From Candidatus Saganbacteria bacterium (GTDB taxonomy: Bacteria; Margulisbacteria; WOR-1; JAKLHX01), in NCBI GenBank assembly GCA_026387835.1, contig JAPLKZ010000010.1, positions 30,001-62,000 on the forward strand: DNA of 32,000 nucleotides, read 5' to 3'. Position 1 is the first letter of the stretch; every line of letters starts with the position of its first letter. The notes beneath the pieces were generated by a model. The model was not told the origin of the DNA and made no database searches. It was given only the letters and a program-made list of their open reading frames with translations. Made by a program: the position numbers and the translations under genes. Positions 9,480 through 18,852 of this stretch are shown here, piece by piece.

Positions 9480-11393
9480 ATGAGTAAGATAATCGGTATC
9501 GATCTTGGGACCACTAACAGCTGCTGCGCGGTGGTGATAGGAGGAGAGCCCACTGTCATCCCGACTTCCGAAGGCGAGCGTATCGTGCCTTCGGTGGTAG
9601 GATTTCCTAAACCCGGGGAAAGAGTGGTCGGCCGCGTCGCAAAACGCCAGTCGATCACAAACCCCGAGAACACGGTCTATTCTATCAAGAGGTTCATGGG
9701 AAGAAGGCTGAACGAGGTATCCGAAGAGATGAAGCTCGTCCCGTACAAAGTCGTCGAAGGGCCTAACGGCGCGGCAGTCGTCAAGATCGGGGACAAGACC
9801 TTCACCCCGCCGGAAATATCGGCGATGATACTCCAGAAAATAAAACAGGACGCGGAAGCGTACCTCGGAGAGAAAGTATCAAAAGCGGTCATCACCGTGC
9901 CCGCGTATTTCAACGACAGCCAGAGGCAGGCCACAAAGGACGCCGGAACGGTAGCGGGGCTTGAGGTCGTCAGGATCATCAATGAACCGACCGCCGCGGC
10001 GCTTGCTTACGGGCTCGACAAAAAGAAATCCGAAAAGATCGCCGTTTACGACCTGGGCGGAGGAACGTTCGATATATCCATACTCGAAATAGGAGAAGGC
10101 GTGTTCGAGGTCAAATCGACCAACGGCGACACTCATCTCGGCGGCGACAATTTCGACGAGAGGATAGTGAACTGGCTGATAGACGAGTTCAGGAAAGAGA
10201 ACGGGATTGACCTGCGCAATGACAGGATGGCCCTGCAGAGGCTGCGCGACGCCGGTGAAAAAGCGAAATGCGAGCTCTCGACTGTATTCGAGACGGAGAT
10301 CAATCTCCCATTCATAACGGCCGACGCTTCCGGGCCGAAACACTTTGTCGTGAAGCTCACAAGGGCAAAACTTGAACAGATAGTGAGCGATCTCATCGAT
10401 AAGTCGCTCGGCCCCGTCAAGCAGGCGATGTCCGACGCCAAACTTTCACCTAACGAGATAGACGAGGTCATACTGGTCGGCGGACAGACAAGGATGCCCA
10501 AAGTCCAGGAGCTGGTCAAGAATTTCTTCGGAAAAGAACCCAACAAGAGCGTCAATCCCGACGAGGTCGTCGCTTTGGGAGCCGCGATCCAGGGAGGCGT
10601 GCTCGCCGGAGATGTAAAAGAGATGGTGCTCCTTGACGTCACTCCCCTTTCGCTCGGCATCGAGACGATGGGCAATGTCATGACCACCCTGATAACCAGG
10701 AACACTACTATCCCGACCTCTAAAAGCGAAACTTTCTCGACCGCCGGCGACGGGCAGACGAGCGTAGAGGTCCACGTGCTCCAGGGAGAACGGCCGATGG
10801 CTTTTGACAACAGGACGCTCGGGCGGTTCCACCTTGAGGGCATCCCGCCGGCACCGAGAGGCATCCCGAAGATAGAGGTCACCTTTGATATCGACGCGAA
10901 CGGGATACTTCACGTCAGCGCAAAGGACCATGGCACCGGCAAGGAACAAAAAATATCGATCACCGCTTCTTCCGGCCTTTCAAAAGATGATATTGAAAAG
11001 ATGAAAAAGGAAGCATCCGCCCACGAAACCGACGACAAGAAGAAAAAAGAGGACGCGGAGATACGCAACCAGGCGGATAACCTTGCTTACACTTCCGAAA
11101 AAACGCTTAAAGAAGTCGGGGACAAGGTGGATGCTGCGACAAGGGACAAGATCCTGAAGGACATCGAAGAAACCAGAGACGCTCTGAAGGGAACGGACAC
11201 CGCAAAGATAAAGTCATCGTTCGAAGCACTGCAGAAAGATGTGTACGAGATGTCTTCAAAAGTATACCAGGCGCAGACAGGCCCCCAACAAGGACAAGGA
11301 GAAGCACAGGGACCGGGGCCTTCGGCAAACCCGGGGCAAGACGCTGAAGGAAAGACCATAAACGCCGACTGGAAAGAGACTGATAAGAATTAA
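9480..11393 (+). CDS. dnaK: Chaperone protein DnaK (Hsp70)
   Basis: [41 protein letters not shown]; [15 protein letters not shown]; [16 protein letters not shown]; [11 protein letters not shown]. Confidence 0.99.
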   Translation: MSKIIGIDLGTTNSCCAVVIGGEPTVIPTSEGERIVPSVVGFPKPGERVVGRVAKRQSITNPENTVYSIKRFMGRRLNEVSEEMKLVPYKVVEGPNGAAVVKIGDKTFTPPEISAMILQKIKQDAEAYLGEKVSKAVITVPAYFNDSQRQATKDAGTVAGLEVVRIINEPTAAALAYGLDKKKSEKIAVYDLGGGTFDISILEIGEGVFEVKSTNGDTHLGGDNFDERIVNWLIDEFRKENGIDLRNDRMALQRLRDAGEKAKCELSTVFETEINLPFITADASGPKHFVVKLTRAKLEQIVSDLIDKSLGPVKQAMSDAKLSPNEIDEVILVGGQTRMPKVQELVKNFFGKEPNKSVNPDEVVALGAAIQGGVLAGDVKEMVLLDVTPLSLGIETMGNVMTTLITRNTTIPTSKSETFSTAGDGQTSVEVHVLQGERPMAFDNRTLGRFHLEGIPPAPRGIPKIEVTFDIDANGILHVSAKDHGTGKEQKISITASSGLSKDDIEKMKKEASAHETDDKKKKEDAEIRNQADNLAYTSEKTLKEVGDKVDAATRDKILKDIEETRDALKGTDTAKIKSSFEALQKDVYEMSSKVYQAQTGPQQGQGEAQGPGPSANPGQDAEGKTINADWKETDKN

Positions 11394-11403
11394 AATTCTC
11401 TGA

Positions 11404-11547
11404 CCCTCACCCCTACCCTCTCCCCGATCGGATCGGGGAGAGGGAGAGTCAATATTTTCTTATTGAATAATTCTAAATTTTTTATATCGCACCCTCTCCC
11501 TCTGGGAGAAGCTTGTCCCGCCTCCTTGGCGGGAGGAAGGGTGAGGG
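11404..11547. repeat. Intergenic palindromic element between dnaK and dnaJ
   Basis: Bounded by CCCTCACCCCT (11404-11414) and AGGGTGAGGG (11538-11547); contains CCCTCTCCCCGATC-G-GATCGGGGAGAGGG (11416-11444) and CCCGCC-tcctt-GGCGGG (11517-11533). Confidence 0.8.
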
Positions 11548-11575
11548 CTGCCTATTTAGTATATAATATAAACAT

Positions 11576-12670
11576 ATGCCTTCAAAAGATTATTATCAGA
11601 TACTAGGAGCGTCAAAGAACGCTTCCACCGACGATATAAAATCCGCTTTCAGAAAATTGGCCCGCCAGTATCACCCGGACGTCTGCAAGGAACCCGGCGC
11701 CGACCAGAAGTTCAAGGAAATTAACGAAGCCTACCAGGTCCTGGGCGACCCGGCTAAAAAAGCGCAGTATGACAGGTTCGGCTACGCGGGTCCCGGCCGC
11801 GGCGGTTTCGGCGCGGGCGGCACAAATTTTGACGATATCTTCCAGGGATTTCAGGGGGGAAGCCCTTTCGGCGATCTCGGAGATATCTTAGAATCGTTTT
11901 TCGGAAGTACCGGCGGCGGCGGAAGAAGAAGACAGCGCGGACCGCAGAAAGGGACCGACCTCAGGTTTGACCTTATCCTGACACTGGAGGAAGCTTTTGC
12001 GGGATTTGACAAAGAGATCGACATCTCCCACCTGAGGCAGTGCTCAAGGTGCAAAGGCGCGGGCGCGGAGCCCGGCACTTCCGTAAAAAAATGCGCGGCC
12101 TGCAACGGGTCCGGGGTCCTTCAGCAGACTCAAAGGACCATGTTCGGGAGTTTCGCGAGCACTGTGCCGTGCGCGTCATGCGGCGGCCGCGGAGAGACGG
12201 TCTCCAGCCCGTGCAAAGACTGCAGGGGCTCCGGAAGGATAAAAACTTCAAGCAAGATCAAAATGAAAATTCCGCCGGGGATCGAAAGCGGGTACCGTCT
12301 GCGCGTCGAAGGCGAAGGCGATGCCGGCCATAAAGGCGGCATCCCGGGCGATCTCTATGTTTATATCAGCGTGAGGCCGCACGAAAAGTTCAAGCGCCAG
12401 GGAAATGACCTTTTCACTTCTGAAAAGATAGATTTTGTCACGGCGATCCTCGGCGACGAGATTGACCTGCCGCTTTTTGACGGAAATTTCAGGCTTAAGA
12501 TACCGTCCGGCACCCAGCCGAACACAGTTTTCCGCCAGAGGGGAAAAGGCATGCCGCGGCTTCAGGGCAACGGAAGAGGAGACCTCTTCATAGAGGTGCA
12601 CGTGGAGATCCCGACCAGGCTGTCGCGCGAGCAGACCGACCTGCTGAAAAAGATCAAAGGGATAAAATGA
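11576..12670 (+). CDS. dnaJ: Chaperone protein DnaJ
   Basis: [39 protein letters not shown] with HPD; four zinc motifs [32 protein letters not shown]. Confidence 0.98.
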   Translation: MPSKDYYQILGASKNASTDDIKSAFRKLARQYHPDVCKEPGADQKFKEINEAYQVLGDPAKKAQYDRFGYAGPGRGGFGAGGTNFDDIFQGFQGGSPFGDLGDILESFFGSTGGGGRRRQRGPQKGTDLRFDLILTLEEAFAGFDKEIDISHLRQCSRCKGAGAEPGTSVKKCAACNGSGVLQQTQRTMFGSFASTVPCASCGGRGETVSSPCKDCRGSGRIKTSSKIKMKIPPGIESGYRLRVEGEGDAGHKGGIPGDLYVYISVRPHEKFKRQGNDLFTSEKIDFVTAILGDEIDLPLFDGNFRLKIPSGTQPNTVFRQRGKGMPRLQGNGRGDLFIEVHVEIPTRLSREQTDLLKKIKGIK

Positions 12671-13389
12671 ACAGGTTCTTCGTCCCCAGAGACAATGTTC
12701 TCGGGGACCTCATAATCATCTCCGGCTCGGATGTGAACCATATCAAGAACGTCCTGCGCAAGGACCGCGGCCACAGGATCATCTGCTTTGACAGCAGCGG
12801 GAACGAATACCTCGCCGAGATAAAGGACATCTCAAAGGAAAAAATATCCCTCGCCGTCATATCCAAAAAAAAGAACAGCGCGGAACCGAAGACAAAGATC
12901 ACTCTCGGTCAAAGCCTGCCGAAACTTTCTAAAATGGACCTCGTGATACAAAAAGCGACGGAGCTCGGTGTCTTTGAAATCATCCCCGTAATATCAGAAA
13001 GATCAGTTCCTAAATCCGGCAAACCTGAAAGGTGGAACAAGATCGCAAAAGAATCCAGCCAGCAGTCAGGAAGGACCCATATCCCCGGGGTCATCATGCC
13101 TGTCGGGTTGCCGGATTTTTTCAAAAAGACCAAAGATGCCGGATTAAAACTTATCCCTTTCGAAGGCGAAGACTATACGACCATAAAACATGTACTGAAT
13201 AAAAATGCCGGTATATCAAATATTGCGCTTTTGATCGGACCCGAAGGCGGATTTTCTAATAGTGAGATCGAACTGGCAAAGCGCTCCGGTTTTACCAGCG
13301 TTTCACTTGGAAAAACGATATTAAGGACGGAGACCGCGGCGCTCGCTGCTATTTCCATGATACTTTACGGTCTGGAGATGGACGGATGA
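12667..13389 (+). CDS. rsmE: 16S rRNA (uracil1498-N3)-methyltransferase RsmE
   Basis: [80 protein letters not shown]. Confidence 0.95.
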   Translation: MNRFFVPRDNVLGDLIIISGSDVNHIKNVLRKDRGHRIICFDSSGNEYLAEIKDISKEKISLAVISKKKNSAEPKTKITLGQSLPKLSKMDLVIQKATELGVFEIIPVISERSVPKSGKPERWNKIAKESSQQSGRTHIPGVIMPVGLPDFFKKTKDAGLKLIPFEGEDYTTIKHVLNKNAGISNIALLIGPEGGFSNSEIELAKRSGFTSVSLGKTILRTETAALAAISMILYGLEMDG

Positions 13390-15005
13390 ACAGAAAAAAG
13401 CTTGATGTAACAAAACTGAGGGATGACTTTTTTAAGTTGAAACCTGACCCTGAAGATCCCGCGCAGAAAGTCTCGTTCGGGACTTCGGGCCACAGGGGAT
13501 GTCCATCACTCGGGACTTTCAATGAAATGCATATCGCCGCCATCGCACAGTCAATGGTCGATTTCAGAAAAGAGAACGGCATAAACGGCGTTCTTTTCAT
13601 CGGCATGGACACGCACGCGGCCTCGCTTCCCGCGATGCAGGTCGTTCTGGAAGTGCTTGCTGCTAATGATGCGGAAGTGAGGTTCGAAGAAAGACAGAAG
13701 TTCGACGATAAAAGCGGGTTCACCCCTACCCCGGCAGTCTCGTTCGCCATCCTCGAGGAAAATAAAAATGACCAAAAAGCTAAAGCGGACGGGATAATAA
13801 TAACGCCTTCCCATAATCCGCCGGCAGACGGCGGGATAAAATACAATCCGCCGACAGGCGGGCCCGCTGACAGCTCGATGACAAAAAAGATCGGGTCCTA
13901 TGCGAATAATTACCTTAAAGGACTAAATGCCGGAGTGAAAAGGATCCCTCTTGAAACGGCACTGAAGAAAAACAGCGTCCGAAGACATGATTTTGTCACG
14001 CCTTATGTCTCGGCCCTCAAAGATATTATCGATATGGACGCCGTCAAGAGCTCAAAAATAAAGATCGGGGCTGACCCTCTGGGCGGAGCCGCGATCGAGT
14101 ACCTTGAACCCATAAAAAAACTATACGGGATAGAACTGGAAATAATAAATGACGCGATAGACATGACCTTTGATTTCATGCCTTCGGACCATGACGGAAA
14201 AATAAGGATGGATTGCTCCTCCCCTTTTGCAATGGCAAATGTCGTCAGACAAAAAGATGATTTCGACGTCATATTCGCCAATGATACGGACTCGGACCGC
14301 CACGGCATAGTCGCCAGGTCAAAAGGTCTGTTGAACCCGAACCATTTTCTTTCGGTCGCGGTCTGGTACCTGATAAATCACAGGGCACACTGGGAAAAGG
14401 GACTTTCGGTCGGAAAAACAATAGTGACTACCCAGCTTATTGAACGGATCGTGAGTAAACTCGGAAGGATGTTTCTTGAAACGCCGGTGGGATTCAAATA
14501 TTTTGCGGACGGACTTTTTAAAAAGACCCTTTGCTTCGGCGGGGAGGAAAGCGCGGGAGCTTCATTCTTGAGGATGGACGGATCAACATGGACGACCGAT
14601 AAAGACGGGATAATAATGGGCCTTCTTGCCGCGGAAATATGCGCTGTCATGAAAAAAGACCCTGGGATAATTTATGAAGAGCTTACCAAAGAATTCGGAA
14701 TTCCTTTTTATAAAAGGATAGATACACCGGCAAGCCCGGCCTTAAAGAAAAAACTCGGAAACGCTTCCCCGGAACAAATAAAAGCAACCACACTCGCAAA
14801 AGACGCGATCATTTTGATTTCTTCAAAAGCACCGAACGGAGAACCTATTGGCGGGCTTAAGATCTCGACTCAAAACGGCTGGTCTGCGGTCAGGCCTTCG
14901 GGCACGGAAGATATCGCCAAGCTTTATGCGGAGAGCTTTGTGAGCGAAGAACATCTGGAAAATATCATCAGCGACACCCAAAACATCATCAAAAATCTTG
15001 TGTGA
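13386..15005 (+). CDS. pgm: Phosphoglucomutase, alpha-D-glucose phosphate-specific type
   Basis: VSFGTSGHRG, GIIITPSHNPPADGGIKYNPPTGGPAD, FANDTDSDRHGIVA, CFGGEESAGASFLR, AVRPSGTEDIAKLYAES. Confidence 0.96.
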   Translation: MNRKKLDVTKLRDDFFKLKPDPEDPAQKVSFGTSGHRGCPSLGTFNEMHIAAIAQSMVDFRKENGINGVLFIGMDTHAASLPAMQVVLEVLAANDAEVRFEERQKFDDKSGFTPTPAVSFAILEENKNDQKAKADGIIITPSHNPPADGGIKYNPPTGGPADSSMTKKIGSYANNYLKGLNAGVKRIPLETALKKNSVRRHDFVTPYVSALKDIIDMDAVKSSKIKIGADPLGGAAIEYLEPIKKLYGIELEIINDAIDMTFDFMPSDHDGKIRMDCSSPFAMANVVRQKDDFDVIFANDTDSDRHGIVARSKGLLNPNHFLSVAVWYLINHRAHWEKGLSVGKTIVTTQLIERIVSKLGRMFLETPVGFKYFADGLFKKTLCFGGEESAGASFLRMDGSTWTTDKDGIIMGLLAAEICAVMKKDPGIIYEELTKEFGIPFYKRIDTPASPALKKKLGNASPEQIKATTLAKDAIILISSKAPNGEPIGGLKISTQNGWSAVRPSGTEDIAKLYAESFVSEEHLENIISDTQNIIKNLV

Positions 15006-15023
15006 GCTCCTGCTGGTCTGTCC

Positions 15024-16271
15024 TTAATAGACCTTGTCCGACTCTGCCTCGTCGAGTTTTTTCGCGGTGTTTTTTTGATCCGCGGCAGACGTCTCTGCGC
15101 CCTCTTTTTTCAGAAATTTTGACGCCTCAGACCCGGCAAGAGATACTACTTCTCCTCTTCCAGACAACAGGCCGCTTTCCGCAAGGACAAAGCCTTTGAT
15201 CAGGGACAGCTTTTGTTTTTTGTCATCGGTGGTCCAGACTGCCAGGCCGCGGCGTCCATTGCCAAGACCTGTGGGTTGTATTATTACCTGTTTACCGGCT
15301 GCTCTTCCTATGTAAAGGGTCAGTCTTTTTCCGGACAGAGTATATAAATTCAGATAACCCTTGACAAGGCCCTCGGTCGATTCAGCCGGACGGCTCTCGC
15401 CAGTTATCAGCCAGTAAACAAGATGCTTTCTTCCTATGCCTTCGGTCTTTGGCAGATCGCCCTTATACTCCTGAAGTCCTAATGGTATTTTTGTCGGACT
15501 CTCAATGAACTTATCTCCGGTAAAAAGTTTTACTGCCGATTCTGGAAACTCCCTGGTCTTTTTGTCATCGGCAAGAACCCAGAACCGCAGGCCCCTGCTT
15601 TTATCCTTGAAAATTACCGGCTCGCCTTCTATTCCGCTCTTCTTCAGGCGGTCGTCACCGCTCATGGATATCTTCACAGGCGGTAATTTTTTAGAAGCTT
15701 TTTGGAGGGCGTATAGATATACTATTCCAAATTTATCGACTTTCAGAGGTAAAGGGTCCGGCTGGCAGTTTCCCGTGCCAAGCCAGTAGATCAGCTGGCA
15801 GACATTCAGGTCATAGGCGCCAGGCAGACCGCTGCTGCGGAACTTTTCCAGGAACGGGCGAAAGCTTTGCGGAGTATCAAGCAGTTTTCCCCGGTTGTCC
15901 GAAAAAATATATCCCTGAAAAGGAAAAACCATCGCCCCCCTGTCATTGACCGACCAGAATATGGCAGCCTTGCAGTCGTCAAGCAAAACAGGATGAACAA
16001 TAACACCATTCCTGATGATCTCGGGAGCATTGAACGTATATAAGTCCATGGGACTTGTCTGTCCCACATATAATACAATTTTAAAACCCGGGTCCACTGT
16101 CAGGGGGATTTTCCCGGGTATACCGGCCTTGTCTGTAAGCCAGTTGCTCAATCTTGTCCTTTGGGCAAGGGTTGCCTGAACCGGTCTTACTGCGGGAGAT
16201 TTTCTTTGAATGGTTCTTTCTGAGGGGCTCCCTGCTCCTGGCATATTTATATTTTTTGATCTTATCTGCAT
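15024..16271 (-). CDS. Hypothetical tandem-module protein (about 3 modules), paralogous in part to the neighbouring 779-aa ORF
   Basis: 415-aa ORF; modules begin near LSNWLTD (aa 41), LIYWLGTG (aa 160), LVYWLITG (aa 284), with internal YLY and SRGLxxW-type motifs. Confidence 0.8.
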   Translation of the reverse strand: MQIRSKNINMPGAGSPSERTIQRKSPAVRPVQATLAQRTRLSNWLTDKAGIPGKIPLTVDPGFKIVLYVGQTSPMDLYTFNAPEIIRNGVIVHPVLLDDCKAAIFWSVNDRGAMVFPFQGYIFSDNRGKLLDTPQSFRPFLEKFRSSGLPGAYDLNVCQLIYWLGTGNCQPDPLPLKVDKFGIVYLYALQKASKKLPPVKISMSGDDRLKKSGIEGEPVIFKDKSRGLRFWVLADDKKTREFPESAVKLFTGDKFIESPTKIPLGLQEYKGDLPKTEGIGRKHLVYWLITGESRPAESTEGLVKGYLNLYTLSGKRLTLYIGRAAGKQVIIQPTGLGNGRRGLAVWTTDDKKQKLSLIKGFVLAESGLLSGRGEVVSLAGSEASKFLKKEGAETSAADQKNTAKKLDEAESDKVY

Positions 16272-16376
16272 GTGATACTTATCACTCCGGTTAATCTATC
16301 GATCACAAAAATATGAGTATTTCACTATTAAGACATTCGCGTAAGGGCCCAAATCGCCCGGCAACCATCCGCCCGT

Positions 16377-18716
16377 TTATTCTTCCATTGATCCATCTGT
16401 GTATTCTCTAGCGGATACTTGATATTCATTTCCGGGCATTGACTCCTCATCTTTTCTGGGTGTTGTCTCTTCTTTCCCGGAACCTTCCTCTTCAAGTCTG
16501 ATAGCTTTTTTTGCATCGGCGGCTGCTTTCGCAGCGTTAGGATCTTTGACAATCACTAATTTTCTTTTTCGCCGTTTACAGCTACTGGCAGCAGCCACCA
16601 GTTTCAGTAATTCAATACGGTCGTTTCTTGCAAGTACGCTGCGGCCCGCTGAATCCAGGCTGACGTTGTTGATGATGTCTTTCACTGCTGCCATCTGCTG
16701 CAGTATTTTCTGCTGCGCCTCTGGTTTATTCTTCAGCTTGGCGGAATTTTTTTTCAATTCGAAATAACGCCTGTTCAGTTCTAATATCAAACTGCTTTTC
16801 TCAAGACACATGATCTCTTTGTCAGACAAGACATGGGGCATAGCCAGAAGCTCGCCACTGACCGTCATACCGGCCTGACCAGCCGGTTTTTCTGCAGTCT
16901 TAGGCGGAGCCGCCAGAATGAAACCCTTTACCGGCCTTATCTTCTTCCCGCTTTCATCGGTCTGCCAGTATAGAAAACCTCTCTGAGCTCCGCTAAATTC
17001 AAAAGGCTCCCGCCATACACTGCCTCCGATTTCAGGAGGGATGGGCAATTCCATAGCCGGCCGCACTCCCGGTAACAGGTTCAGAACATCAGAGCCGTTT
17101 GAAAGTTTAACTGTGATCCCTTCCGGCGGATTGCTGCCGGTGCAAAGCCATGCCAGCTCGTTTAGCATACCGCCTTTCAGGCGGATCACTTCTTCCCTGT
17201 CAAAGAGTCGTCCGTTGCGTGCCAGGACCAATCCCGCTAAATTCGGACCTCCGCATTTTTTTGTTTTATCGAACGCCCGGTCCACAATTCCCCTGAGACC
17301 GTCCGTAAATTGAACCGGCTGCCAGACAATCCATCTGGGCCGGCCGGGCAGCCTGCAGCTGATGGGTTTTTGCGACTTAAGTGAATAAAGATAATGCTTT
17401 CCTTCCTTGATATGGCATTTCTGCTGTCTCGGAATCGCTTGCCCGGTGATAAACCAGTAAGCCAGCTGATATAAATGCCTATCGTTCGTGAGCGGCAGCT
17501 TCCCTGAAAACCCCTCAATGCCAAACAGTATTTTTTTTGGTTTTGTAATAAAATTTCTGCCGCTAAAAAGTTTTGCGGAGGCAAAAGGAAATGGTCTTGA
17601 TCCTCCCGGCCCGACCGGCCAATAGCAGGCACCGCGGCTGCCGTCAGGAAAAACCTGCCGTGTCCTGATCAACCTCGGCCCGAATACGGAAGTGAGCATC
17701 AGAAAGATGCTTTCACTCTCGCCGGACCTTATCTTTGACTGCGGCCTTCTATAAAGGACATCGGCGCCGTCTTTTATCCTGACGGTCTGTTCCCCATCGT
17801 TTTCCCCTTCGCCGGTCGCCAGCCAGCGGATGAACGACCTGGTCTGCGCGGAATATGTTCCAGGCAGCCGGTCAGGCGCGATCTGCGCCAGGTCATCCGC
17901 GACTGGCATCAGTTCTTCCCTGCTTAAAAACCTTCCGCCCTTGAAAAGCCTATAGCTTTTAACAATATCAAGCGTGCGTTTTTCTTTGTCAAGAGGTGTC
18001 AATAAGACTCCCCGGCTCCGGTCCCGGAAAGTTTTTGGCTCTAATCTTGCCGCTCCTATCTCGGTGACCGATCCTCGGAGATTATTATTCGGATTAAGAT
18101 TGAGCGGGCAGCTGTGATTTTTGCCCGCATTAAAATTGTATAGATAGATCTTTCCCACCGAGTCCGCCTTTAATTCGAAGGTCTCCGGCCGGCAGAGACC
18201 GGTGGCAAGCCAGTATCTCAGGTGACATATCCACAGGTCATCGGAACCGGGCTGATTCTCATCCGGCAATTTTTCCAGACCGGGGATAAATCTTTGTTTG
18301 CCATAAATGACCCTGCCGTTTCCTCCGGCCAGAAGGTAACCCGCAAAAGGAAAGCCTTTCTGACCGTTATCTTCTACCGACCATAAGACCAGCCCCCTGC
18401 TAAGCCGGAAGTCCTGGAAAGTCTTTGGTTCCAGGATCACTCCGTTCCTTGATATTTTATCGTCTTGAAATGTGTTAAGCATTGTCTTTTTACGGGTTCC
18501 GGCAGGTAGATATATAACTCTCTCGCAATGATTTACCCAAATGTGAAAAGCGGCAGGTCTCGGGCCCTGATTGGCCAGCCAGGTCAATAAGCGAAACTTG
18601 TTCTTTAAAGTCGCGCCGTTCGACGATGCCCATGACGACGCACTGCTGAATACGTTCCCGACACTTGTTATGTGCTGTACGCTTGTATTTATCGCTATTG
18701 AACTATTGTAATGCAT
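16377..18716 (-). CDS. Hypothetical tandem-module protein (about 5 modules) with charged C-terminal tail
   Basis: 779-aa ORF; modules begin near LLTWLANQ (43), LRYWLATG (166), FIRWLATG (295), LAYWFITG (418), LAWLCTGS (521); internal motifs such as FxDxSRGxxxxP/W and FPFAxxxLFSGRxFI. Confidence 0.8.
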   Translation of the reverse strand: MHYNSSIAINTSVQHITSVGNVFSSASSWASSNGATLKNKFRLLTWLANQGPRPAAFHIWVNHCERVIYLPAGTRKKTMLNTFQDDKISRNGVILEPKTFQDFRLSRGLVLWSVEDNGQKGFPFAGYLLAGGNGRVIYGKQRFIPGLEKLPDENQPGSDDLWICHLRYWLATGLCRPETFELKADSVGKIYLYNFNAGKNHSCPLNLNPNNNLRGSVTEIGAARLEPKTFRDRSRGVLLTPLDKEKRTLDIVKSYRLFKGGRFLSREELMPVADDLAQIAPDRLPGTYSAQTRSFIRWLATGEGENDGEQTVRIKDGADVLYRRPQSKIRSGESESIFLMLTSVFGPRLIRTRQVFPDGSRGACYWPVGPGGSRPFPFASAKLFSGRNFITKPKKILFGIEGFSGKLPLTNDRHLYQLAYWFITGQAIPRQQKCHIKEGKHYLYSLKSQKPISCRLPGRPRWIVWQPVQFTDGLRGIVDRAFDKTKKCGGPNLAGLVLARNGRLFDREEVIRLKGGMLNELAWLCTGSNPPEGITVKLSNGSDVLNLLPGVRPAMELPIPPEIGGSVWREPFEFSGAQRGFLYWQTDESGKKIRPVKGFILAAPPKTAEKPAGQAGMTVSGELLAMPHVLSDKEIMCLEKSSLILELNRRYFELKKNSAKLKNKPEAQQKILQQMAAVKDIINNVSLDSAGRSVLARNDRIELLKLVAAASSCKRRKRKLVIVKDPNAAKAAADAKKAIRLEEEGSGKEETTPRKDEESMPGNEYQVSAREYTDGSMEE

Positions 18717-18852
18717 CTATTTCTTTTTCCAATTGGCTCTTTGATTAACTTATCGTTAAATTAATAAACAAATTTCATCTTATTTTTTTCAAAATATCGA
18801 TTAACTGAAATTTCCCTTAAATTCAAACGATACATCAATTGGATATATCATC

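Noticed and set aside
9677-11359. Several long antisense ORFs opposite dnaK (up to 249 aa)
   Set aside because: Shadow frames of a highly conserved GC-biased gene; no recognisable protein motifs.
16546-18100. Possibility that the module proteins' gene region encodes plus-strand products (60-90-aa ORFs)
   Set aside because: The minus-strand ORFs are long, repeat-structured and continuous; the short plus-strand ORFs are shadows.
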